From an uncultured virus (IMG/VR IMGVR_UViG_3300037423_001642) (Duplodnaviria; Heunggongvirae; Uroviricota; Caudoviricetes): DNA of 64,000 nucleotides. The notes under the pieces are model-generated. The model made no database searches and was not told where the DNA came from. It saw nothing but the letters and a program-made list of their open reading frames with translations. Location: positions 1 through 64,000 of IMG/VR virus record IMGVR_UViG_3300037423_001642; one strand, 5' to 3'. Position numbers and translations under genes: made by a program. Below, piece after piece: positions 50,133-58,619 of this stretch. Position 1 is the first letter of the stretch, and every line of letters begins with the position of its first letter.

Positions 50133-50413
50133 GCCAACTTAGTCTCCAAAAAATTTGCAATCTCTTCGAAAGATTGTCCAGTATCATTCATGAGCATCAT
50201 AGCCGACGTTATAGCGAGACTTATGCCATACCATTGCTCACAGTTTTCGTAGGTATGCTTTTCCTTAAGCTTTAACGCCAGCCCAAGGGCGCAATAGGAC
50301 TCTGTCTTGGTTTGTGGAATGAATTCGGCCATCTTGCCGACACATTGACTATAGGCACCAGAACGAAGAGCGCCAATGAGCTTTTCTGTTCTTTGTCTCT
50401 GTATTGGAGTCAT
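50129..50413 (-). CDS. CxLG...ND family hypothetical protein
   Basis: ALRSGAYSQ..G, YCALG, MNDTGQSFEEIANFLE. Confidence 0.7.
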   Translation of the reverse strand: MTPIQRQRTEKLIGALRSGAYSQCVGKMAEFIPQTKTESYCALGLALKLKEKHTYENCEQWYGISLAITSAMMLMNDTGQSFEEIANFLETKLA

Positions 50414-50544
50414 AGATTAATCCATCTGACAAATACAATTATGATGTTCAAAGGAACATACGATAGAATCGACAGAAAAGTCAAGAGGAAAAAGGCTTGA
50501 CGCCTTAAAGGATTATGTTATATTAATGCAACGGGAGGGATGAA

Positions 50545-50763
50545 ATGCCATATCACCTGACATCCGGAATGCTTCTGTCCATCGATGACATGGCAGATAT
50601 CAATGAATGCATAGAGCTTCTGACCAAGGTGGAAGCGAGATTGCACAGCATTGGGGACCGGAAGCAACATCCTCGCATCATGGCTTTTGCCACCAACTTG
50701 ACGGCGCTCAAAAGAGATATCGAGGATTTTCACGATAAAAATACCCCGGTTGATCAAGCGTGA
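50545..50763 (+). CDS. hypothetical protein
   Basis: GGAGG SD; TTGACG promoter near 50497. Confidence 0.65.
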   Translation: MPYHLTSGMLLSIDDMADINECIELLTKVEARLHSIGDRKQHPRIMAFATNLTALKRDIEDFHDKNTPVDQA

Positions 50764-50822
50764 ATCAATCGGCGTTAGAAACCGTTTGATCAACCGGGGA
50801 GAGTGGCCTTTCAGCCGAAACT

Positions 50823-50916
50823 AAAAAAGACCGGTGGTTGGAGGGCGCTAACCGTCTTTCCCACCGGTCTTTATCTTAGCGCTCGGGGAGGGGGACCAAT
50901 CCGAGTATCGCTAGGA
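50823..50916 (-). ncRNA. candidate trans-acting small RNA with anti-SD loops
   Basis: CTTGACG promoter (50946-50952); hairpin TAGCG..CTCGG/CCGAG-CGCTA with loop ATTGGTCCCCCTCC; 12-bp terminator stem with CCCTCC in its loop and a U tail. Confidence 0.65.
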
Positions 50917-51639
50917 CAATGCGGTTTACGACGAATCGCTGCAACCGTCAAGTCATAGATGCAGCGCCAATGAAATTTGCAGGATCATCAGAATGACCAG
51001 AAATGGCATCGTAACAAAGTAGCCGAGCTTCGAACCAAAGGCGAAGGAACCGATCATGAAAACGCACAGAACAAGCTCACAAAAGGCTATAAGCACCAAG
51101 CCCGGCCCGAAAAGATTGATGGAAATGTCGCTCACTCTTCCACTTCTTTCTTGAACCAACCGATTCGGTTCATCATCTTCTCTAGGTCTTCCGGGGAAGA
51201 TGGTGGACCATCAAAATTTTCTTCGCCCAACAAGAGCGCCAGAAAAATTTTTTTCTTGTCATAGTGTTTGAATTCAACCCACGATCTTCCTTCGCCATAG
51301 TGGCGCAGATTGCGAAGGCGAACCACGTCACCGGGACCGATAGAAATCATGCTTCAAGTGCCTCCACCAGTTCAGCAAAGGTTTTTACGCCTTTCTGAAA
51401 CACAGGTTCAGTCATCAGAAACTCCAATAATGAGTCGGGTTGCCGTTGTCGGGGAAACCAAACCAATTGACGGGCTCACCTTTCTTTGGGTCTGGAATGA
51501 CTGCCTTCCTTGGAAAGTCGCTCTTATCAGACTTCATGATCAATGTAAAGCCATGGAGTGAAAAGTTTTCATCAATGGCAATCCAATGTGGACCACTGGC
51601 CCGAAAAGTTTTTGATCCTACTTTCCATTCAGACATGGG

Positions 51640-51984
51640 TCAAAGTTTCCCCAAATCGGCAGACGCCTTTTCGATAAAGGAATCGAGAAATTTCAGCACA
51701 TCGTCATGGCTTCGGTAGGACCAGTCATTGAAACCGGCAAGGCTGGAATAGCCATAATTGGTCGCAAGATGTTGTTTAAGCGCATCCCAAATTTCACAAT
51801 CAAAAGTTCGATGTTCGATGGCTTTGTGGATTGCCCCTTCAAGACACCAGCACACGGCAGTCTTGTCATAGGCAGAGACTTTCTCGCCCTTGGAATCACG
51901 GGCGAACGTACCGATTGTCCAATTCTTTTCATCGGTCAAAATCTTGCGAGCCTGAATAGCGGTTTGGAGTGTTTCAGGATGCAT
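51640..51984 (-). CDS. paralogue family A (DUF6197-like), copy 6
   Basis: WTIG..A..G..AVCWCLEGA...FND...HDDV. Confidence 0.8.
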   Translation of the reverse strand: MHPETLQTAIQARKILTDEKNWTIGTFARDSKGEKVSAYDKTAVCWCLEGAIHKAIEHRTFDCEIWDALKQHLATNYGYSSLAGFNDWSYRSHDDVLKFLDSFIEKASADLGKL

Positions 51985-52309
51985 CGTTCTCTCCAATCAA
52001 TTCGTCCAGCTTGGCCAGTACGGCGGCATGTGTGGTTTTCTTGTCATCATTGAAACCCATCATGTAGCCGCCCGGAAACAACGGATCGATTTCGTCATAG
52101 AGCGCAACGAATTCGGATGAATGATGCGGGATCACCGCCTTGTTGAAGGCACCTTCAAGGCACCAGCACACGGCTTTGGGCGAAAGGGAACGAACGTCCC
52201 TTCCCTTGTCGTCAACCGCATAATGTCCCTGAACCCAAGCCTCTTTTTCGGCAAGCAGAGCCCGCATGTCTTTGAGTATGGCCTTGGCCTTGTCGGACAG
52301 TTTTTTCAC
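51974..52309 (-). CDS. paralogue family A, copy 5
   Basis: WVQG..AVCWCLEGA...FNDD..THAAV. Confidence 0.8.
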   Translation of the reverse strand: MKKLSDKAKAILKDMRALLAEKEAWVQGHYAVDDKGRDVRSLSPKAVCWCLEGAFNKAVIPHHSSEFVALYDEIDPLFPGGYMMGFNDDKKTTHAAVLAKLDELIGENDAS

Positions 52310-52677
52310 GTCTCGATTTCCCTTGAATGATTTTCGATAGCCCGGTCGATCACGGCAATGACATCTTCATATTTCGTGGTGTATGCATCATTCCATGAAG
52401 GAATAGAGACATAGCGTGTCAACGTCGGATCGATGGCTATTGCAAGAACCGCCATGGTTCTGGAAAATTCCGACTCTCCCGTCTCACAAAGAGGCATTTT
52501 TCGAGCTACCAAGGCCACGGCACCAGTCAGACACCAGCAAACCGCTTCGCCCGATTCATAGGAGACAACCCCACCATCGTCCTGTCGGGCCGATGCCCCT
52601 TGAGTCCAGCGTTCGGGAGAATTCAAAACTTCTTCCTTCACACTTTTCAGAATTTCGAGTGTCTTCGTGTCTTTCAT
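52306..52677 (-). CDS. paralogue family A, copy 4
   Basis: WTQG..AVCWCLTGA...WND..YEDV..IDRAI. Confidence 0.8.
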   Translation of the reverse strand: MKDTKTLEILKSVKEEVLNSPERWTQGASARQDDGGVVSYESGEAVCWCLTGAVALVARKMPLCETGESEFSRTMAVLAIAIDPTLTRYVSIPSWNDAYTTKYEDVIAVIDRAIENHSREIET

Positions 52678-52898
52678 CCGATTTCTTCCATCAAATACTT
52701 TGCCGCCACATAGGGACAATCATCGGAATGTTCCACGGTATGTGAAGAATTGATTGAATATTCGTTACAATATTCGCACCGATAATGAATATTCCGGCCC
52801 CGGTCATCTTCCTGAACGGCCCGTTCGATGATCGTCTCACAGACCAGTTTCAGCTTGGCCGTTTCAATCTTGTTCAACAAAAGACTTGCCATGATCAC
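52674..52898 (-). CDS. small Cys/His-rich hypothetical protein
   Basis: YRCEYC...HSDDCP; ATGA overlap with the downstream gene. Confidence 0.6.
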   Translation of the reverse strand: MIMASLLLNKIETAKLKLVCETIIERAVQEDDRGRNIHYRCEYCNEYSINSSHTVEHSDDCPYVAAKYLMEEIG

Positions 52899-53245
52899 AC
52901 CCTTTCAGATTCCTTTGCCCGCTCAATCGCTTGGTCGAGCATGGCTATGACTTCGGAATGTTCCCGGTCGATTTGATCATTCCAGAGGGTCAGGGGATAG
53001 TCGATAATTCTCCGGATCACCGCCCGAGCCGACTCATAGGTATCATCCCACACAGGCATCGAAAGGTTGTGATCGCTCAAAATCTTTTGGACACCGCCAG
53101 CCAAGCACCAGCGACACGCTGCCGGATCATTGACGCCAACCCCTTCACCATCGATGGTGATGGCCATATTGTACTGTGTCCAACGGCTTGGGTCGGACAG
53201 AAGCTCACGGGTTTCCGTGAGAATTTGTGATGTTGGAATGGTCAT
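52895..53245 (-). CDS. paralogue family A, copy 3
   Basis: WTQ..ACRWCLAGG...WND..HSEV..LDQAI. Confidence 0.8.
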   Translation of the reverse strand: MTIPTSQILTETRELLSDPSRWTQYNMAITIDGEGVGVNDPAACRWCLAGGVQKILSDHNLSMPVWDDTYESARAVIRRIIDYPLTLWNDQIDREHSEVIAMLDQAIERAKESERV

Positions 53246-53601
53246 TTTATTTTGTTCGCCTTTGCTTTTTCGGAAAGCTTTTCTTTCGCTATGGCCTTGT
53301 CGAGAATATTGATCACATCGTCATAGGTGCGACCGATATTGTCGTTCCAAATGGCGATGGAAACGCCAGCGGCATCAGCGGGCCGAATGGCATTGGACAG
53401 AGCCCATAGGCCCTTGGACCAGCGCTCATTGATGCCACCACAAACATGAGCCAAGGCCCCGGAAAGACACCAGCACACGGCGTCGGGATGACCCCAACCA
53501 ACCGAATTGCGATTGGCATCATGCGCCATTGCACCCTTGGTCCACTTGTCCGGCGAGGAAAGCAGCGCCTTGGTCTTTTCCAGACTTTCCAACTTGTTCA
53601 T
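53242..53601 (-). CDS. paralogue family A, copy 2
   Basis: WTKG..AVCWCLSGA...WND..YDDV..LDKAI. Confidence 0.8.
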   Translation of the reverse strand: MNKLESLEKTKALLSSPDKWTKGAMAHDANRNSVGWGHPDAVCWCLSGALAHVCGGINERWSKGLWALSNAIRPADAAGVSIAIWNDNIGRTYDDVINILDKAIAKEKLSEKAKANKIK

Positions 53602-53957
53602 CAGTTTGCCGCCCGATTGTCCATCATCGTTTGTGCCGTTCGTGCCAGCGCAATTGCCTTGTCGAAGATTTCCATGACATCGGCGTGAGTCGTTTCCGGC
53701 TTGTCGTTGAAGCGATGCATTTGGTCATTGCCCGGAATGACTTCATAGAGAGTCCGGCGAGCATCGTCATAATCTTTTGTGGGAGAGGCAAAGCCGGTGA
53801 CTCGAAGCAGCGCCCCATTCATGCAGAAGCGGCAGGCATAAGGGTCTAGGATGGCCGTTGAGACACCATCGGAATCGGTTGCATTCGAGCCCTTGACCCA
53901 GAATTCAGGCTTGGAAATCAGTTCCTTGGCCTTTTCGAGAACCGTAACAGTTTGCAC
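53601..53957 (-). CDS. paralogue family A, copy 1
   Basis: WVKG..ACRFCMNGA...FND..THADV..FDKAI; GTG start after AAGGGGA (alternative ATG at 53984). Confidence 0.8.
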   Translation of the reverse strand: MQTVTVLEKAKELISKPEFWVKGSNATDSDGVSTAILDPYACRFCMNGALLRVTGFASPTKDYDDARRTLYEVIPGNDQMHRFNDKPETTHADVMEIFDKAIALARTAQTMMDNRAAN

Positions 53958-53983
53958 GTCTAATCCCCTTTCGAAAAATTTCA

Positions 53984-54148
53984 TGGTGTGGGGAGGAGTC
54001 GAACCTTGCCACTAATGACGTATTCGGTCCACGGGTTCTAAGTCCGCAACTAAACGTCACTGCACAGACCTCTTGGCTACTAACTGATTTCCAGACAGGT
54101 AATGCGCACTTCCTGCTTTCTATCGAGCTTTGACCTCACTGTCACACC
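53984..54148 (-). ncRNA. 165-nt tRNA-like structured RNA
   Basis: 5' GGTGTG pairs with 3' CACACC-A; T-loop AGG-TTCGACT-CCT; D-arm-like TAGCCAAGAGGTC; long stem AGTGACGT/ACGTCATT; promoter TTGACA-N17-TAAATG at 54156-54184. Confidence 0.7.
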
Positions 54149-54427
54149 TGATGCTCATTTAAGGATTATATGAGGGAATGTCAATAAAGAAAAAAGCAAT
54201 AGAATCATTCAGACGAAGGGGGAAACGTGATAGATCGTTTAATGTTGTTTTCGCCAACGAAGACTCATGAGTTTTCATCCTTTTCCGTCCAGATGCATTC
54301 CGGATCATGTAGGATCGAACCATCACGATTGCGAGGTGCACCACAACAGTTGCAATAGCTTTCTGGCAAGCCAAGCTTTTCCCGGTGTTCCCGGTCACGC
54401 TTTGCCGATAGTTGGGCCAAGATTTCG

Positions 54428-56357
54428 CTAATGGATTTTGTCATACCGAGTCCGGAAAGGTCGATTGAAGGAAGCTCCGCTTCCCCTGCCCATCAATAGA
54501 TCATTTCGTGTCGGTCGCCAGCCTTCCGAGAATGTGCCATCAGCCCGATAGATTTGCAGTGGGATATATGGATGATAAACCTCAAAGCCGCTCTTGTATC
54601 GGATGAATGTTCCAATCAATCTGTCGTCCTTATCGAAATCCTGTCGTGAAGTCTCCACTTCAAAGATTTCGGCCATCGCCTCTAACAGTTCATCAACCCT
54701 ATCAGTCATCATTCCCGCCAATCTTTGGAATAATAGAAATAATTAACGAAAAAGCCCAGATCGAAACGGACTGTCGATTTCCAGTTGTGCCATCGTTCAT
54801 GTACCTGAACACGCTCTAGCCATGCATAACGCTGCTTGTCTTCCAAGAACACGGGACGCCACGCAAACCAATAGCGCCCTTTTTCGGTCCAGTCGAGTTT
54901 CCGGTACAGCCATGATTCGGTTAGCCAGTCGGAAAAGCTTGGGATACGGAATTGCATTATTTTCGTCCGATATAATGGCTATTGATTCGCTTGCGAGGCT
55001 TGGGCTTGTTCAAGCCATTCACATAATCAAAATGGCCATACCACGGGCGAGGATCACACAGTGAGACAGTGCGCCCGTTGCCGATTCCAAAATAATTCAT
55101 TCCCCAATGCCAGCGAGGAATTTTAGCTTTTTTCGCAGCCCATCGATGATGGCCAAACACGGCATAATTGTTCATCATCGTATCCCCGAAAAAATCATGC
55201 AAGCCACGATGGCGAGGGGAAACCAGATATACCAGTAATCGAAGGATGCAAGGATCATGCGTAATTCCACCTTAGAATGCAAAAATATCCAGTCTAACTA
55301 TAGGTCGAACGATTAATAATTGCAAGCATATCTTGTTTCTCACACAAACGGCATTGTGTCGTCTTGTCATACTCATTCGGGTTGCCGAGACGATGAAACA
55401 ATGAACAATCGGTATCGCAGCGAAGCCGTTTGTTGTCAAAGATTTGGTTGTCGGGAAAGACCGAATTACGGTTCATTGGCGGTTTGTGTCGCCCTTGGCA
55501 TATGATCCGGAAGGTTCGAATTGGATGCAATAGGCATTGTACAATCGCTTTGGATTGTCAGCCAATACTTGGAGAGCCGCAGCGTTACATGTTTCGGGAT
55601 CATAGTAATAGTTTGGCATGATCGCTTCACCATGGGCAAACATAACGATGAGATAGAATACAGTGTTCATCTCAATAGTTCAATATACTTTGTGATTTGC
55701 TTTTGCACATGACCAATATCTTTCTCTGCTTTGATAGAGAAATCATAACCCAAATCGTTCCGGTCATGGTCCGATATGCGGAGGACGAAATGCCTTCCAC
55801 CAATTGGGAAATAGAAATAGTTTGAATTGGAAGTCTTGGCTTTTTCTTGGCGAAACTTAATGTTCTTGGATGCCAGAAACTTGGCCATGATAACGGAGAA
55901 AACTGCGATCATAATTTAAATCCATGGCCATTCATGGTGTGGAAATCATTGGGGATAAGCCTTCAACACCACGGCCATTCAAGCCGGAAGAAGGTCCAAG
56001 CCGAAGTGGCCAAATAGGTTTTGCCGTTCGACTCGTCACGATAGATTCCAACGGGTTCACCCGTCACCTTGTCCACAAACATGCAGCGATCAAGACAAGT
56101 CATGGGACGGCCAAAGATCGTCATGGGTTTGCCGAAAATTTTCATACCCAGAACGGACTCGTTAGAAAGGCAATGAGCGCATAGAGAGTGCAGAGCCCAA
56201 CAAATGCCCAAACTCCCTTGGATGTCGAACGATATTTGTGTTCCACATAGGCAGGAAGCCAGAGCGTGAAACCAGCCACCGCTACGAGTAACAAAGGCCA
56301 TGAATGGACAAGGGCACTAAGTAAGTTCGCCCAAAGTGTCGAGAAATACCAAATCAT
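54428..56357 (-). other. run of small hypothetical CDS (54428-54721, 54709-54957, 54957-55202, 55473-55670, 55667-55912, 56142-56357 and others)
   Basis: Contiguous minus-strand ORFs with overlapping start/stop codons; several hydrophobic. Confidence 0.55.
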
Positions 56358-56872
56358 GCAGTGACAACCGGAATGGTCAAGCCATGGCCATGAGCAAATG
56401 ACTCAAAGTTCCGCTTGATAGTTGCACCAAGGGTTTCCGGTGAATTCGGAGTGTGAGCATGTTTGTTATTGATCGCCGGATCATCGTGACAATACTGCAA
56501 ATCTTTTATGTTCTCCATGTTCAACTTTGAAAATAAAAGTTTCAATGCGTTAAACGAATCAATCTTTTTTTGGCTATCCAACCAAACGATTTCTCCCCGA
56601 AAAGACATCTCCCCGTCAAAGTGCCATTTCTTGGCTTCGGAACCCTCTATCAGCTTCGGTTTCCTAAGAACAGTGTCGATAGTTCCGATGTTCGGCATAT
56701 GGTCGAGGATTTCTTGCGGGATAGCATGGCCAATGGCACAACGTTTTCCATCAGATGGACTCAGATAGACGCAATTGCCATTTTCCCAAGCCGGTTGCCA
56801 GTCCTGCTTTGCCATGCCGAGATAAGCAGCATTGAACACTTCCTGTAGGGATTCATAGGGTTTGATAGTCAT
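56354..56872 (-). CDS. paralogue family B
   Basis: PYESLQEVFNAAYLG, CVY, RCAIGHAIP, LQYCHD, GLTIP. Confidence 0.8.
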   Translation of the reverse strand: MTIKPYESLQEVFNAAYLGMAKQDWQPAWENGNCVYLSPSDGKRCAIGHAIPQEILDHMPNIGTIDTVLRKPKLIEGSEAKKWHFDGEMSFRGEIVWLDSQKKIDSFNALKLLFSKLNMENIKDLQYCHDDPAINNKHAHTPNSPETLGATIKRNFESFAHGHGLTIPVVTA

Positions 56873-56891
56873 TCAGTCGCACCCGGAATGG

Positions 56892-57275
56892 TCAGAGGAC
56901 TATCGGAATAGTCAGCCCAAATTTTTCGGCAAAGTGTTCCAATCGTTCCTTCATTGATTCCGGAGTAAAGCCATTGTCATGAACGCCTTGCAGTAGCTTC
57001 AAAACATCCACTGAAACGTTTGCAAACAGAGCTTGCCAGTCGGAGTCAGCAACGATAGCAGCGCCTACAGAGGCGAAGCGAACTTGATTCGTCACCAGTT
57101 CATCGGGAACACAATGGCCAATAGCGCATTTCATATCGCCGTTGCTACGATATGAACACGTCGTCCGGTCCCGGTTCGGATTGAATTGCATAGCCCGGTG
57201 AAAGCCTTGTGCAGCCAAACCACGATAGGCAACGTCGAAAACTTCCTGTAGGGATTCATATGGTCTAATGTTCAT
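56892..57275 (-). CDS. paralogue family B
   Basis: PYESLQEVFDVAYRG, CSYR, KCAIGHCVP, LQGVHD, GLTIP. Confidence 0.8.
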   Translation of the reverse strand: MNIRPYESLQEVFDVAYRGLAAQGFHRAMQFNPNRDRTTCSYRSNGDMKCAIGHCVPDELVTNQVRFASVGAAIVADSDWQALFANVSVDVLKLLQGVHDNGFTPESMKERLEHFAEKFGLTIPIVL

Positions 57276-57721
57276 GGAGTCGACTCCAGTTCAGGAGTGG
57301 TCAGAGAACCATTCTCTTCCGGAATGGTCAGACCACGTTCAGCGGCGAAATTTCGCATGGCAGCTTCCACATCGAAAGTTTCTTTTTCATGGCCATAATA
57401 CTTGTCATGGCAGTTCTGCAAATCTCGCAACTGATTCAAATCGACGTTAGCGAACAGTTCCCGCCATCGTGGTTCCTCAAAGAACACACTTATAATCGCA
57501 CCAACAACAAATCCCCCATTATCACCATGGATAATCAGTTCATCGGGGACACAGTGACCGATGGCACATTTCTTGCCATCCTTGTTCAGATACTCACAAC
57601 CCAACCCATCTTGCGATGTGGCCCGTTCCCAATTCTGGCTTTTCATACCAAGCCAAGCCTTGTCGAAAACTTCCTGCAAATTTTTGTAAGGAACAATTTC
57701 AGTTTCGGTGTTCATTTTCAT
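57272..57721 (-). CDS. paralogue family B
   Basis: PYKNLQEVFDKAWLG, CEY, KCAIGHCVP, LQNCHD, GLTIP. Confidence 0.8.
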   Translation of the reverse strand: MKMNTETEIVPYKNLQEVFDKAWLGMKSQNWERATSQDGLGCEYLNKDGKKCAIGHCVPDELIIHGDNGGFVVGAIISVFFEEPRWRELFANVDLNQLRDLQNCHDKYYGHEKETFDVEAAMRNFAAERGLTIPEENGSLTTPELESTP

Positions 57722-57944
57722 TTCCCTTCGGAATTTCCCATGTAGTTTCTGAATTCCCTTTCGGGAAACAATCGAGCAACACCCAAGCGTTGTAATGTCC
57801 GTCTAGGGAAGCCCTTTGAGTCAGTCGGATTGCATCCATAGCTTTGGTGCAAGATGATAGATCATTGAATTCGGCAGTTAGAGCCGGTGAACCAGCACCG
57901 CCATCAGCATGAGAGAACAACAGAAAGATGAGAACAAATTTCAT
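57699..57944 (-). CDS. small hydrophobic-N-terminus two-Cys protein
   Basis: MKFVLIFLLF...EFNDLSSC...CFPK. Confidence 0.65.
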   Translation of the reverse strand: MKFVLIFLLFSHADGGAGSPALTAEFNDLSSCTKAMDAIRLTQRASLDGHYNAWVLLDCFPKGNSETTWEIPKGNENEHRN

Positions 57945-58402
57945 TCTTTATCGATCTTCGAATCGATCTTCGAATCGATCTTATAGAATGGTGTTCCCGG
58001 CCCGCCTTCGATCATCGCTTCAAGCAGAGTGCCGATTTCATGGGGTTTGATTGTCGAATCATCATTCAGAGCAGCGAGTGAAGAATAGTTTTCACCATTC
58101 CACAAAATCGAACCATTATAGTTGGTTCCATCATTTTCGAACATGCCGAGAGAGTCAGCGACATCCATTGGCAGGACCAGCCTTTCCTCCCCATAGTACC
58201 AATTGCCGTGTCTGTTTGTGGCTTCCACACCCAGAGCATCACACATATGCCCAAGGCAACAGCGACCGCCAACGGCATTTCTAAGCTTACCCTTGGCTTT
58301 TCTAAGCTCCGGATTTTTCAGATAGTCGATGACTTTCCGGCGATTCGCCATGATTTCATCATCAGAATGAGCCTTGCCAACCTCAAATTCATCAGTTGCC
58401 AT
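57941..58402 (-). CDS. CxLG...ND family hypothetical protein
   Basis: GKLR..RCCLGHMC...SLAALNDD..EIGTLLE. Confidence 0.7.
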   Translation of the reverse strand: MATDEFEVGKAHSDDEIMANRRKVIDYLKNPELRKAKGKLRNAVGGRCCLGHMCDALGVEATNRHGNWYYGEERLVLPMDVADSLGMFENDGTNYNGSILWNGENYSSLAALNDDSTIKPHEIGTLLEAMIEGGPGTPFYKIDSKIDSKIDKE

Positions 58403-58619
58403 TTTCAAAATGCCTTTTGCAAACTTATTGCGTGAAACTATGATTCCATGCAAAGATTCGTCATTGGACTAGGCGTCGAATGATGGATTCTTGCATGATA
58501 GGTGTGAAAGTTGAAGTTTCTGTGCGAACTTTCGAATTTCCGAACTTTCTATAGGATGACAATGAGAATGTCAAGAGGGAAACCACCATAGAATCGAATC
58601 TATCGAGGATTCCCGTTGG

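Noticed and set aside
54029..54048. Canonical tRNA-Leu(UAG)
   Set aside because: An anticodon-like loop is present, but arm lengths and the T-stem do not fit a standard cloverleaf; reported as a tRNA-like ncRNA instead.
57950..57982. 12-bp tandem repeat ATCGATCTTCGA
   Set aside because: Simple slippage repeat encoding KIDSKIDSKID at a C-terminus.
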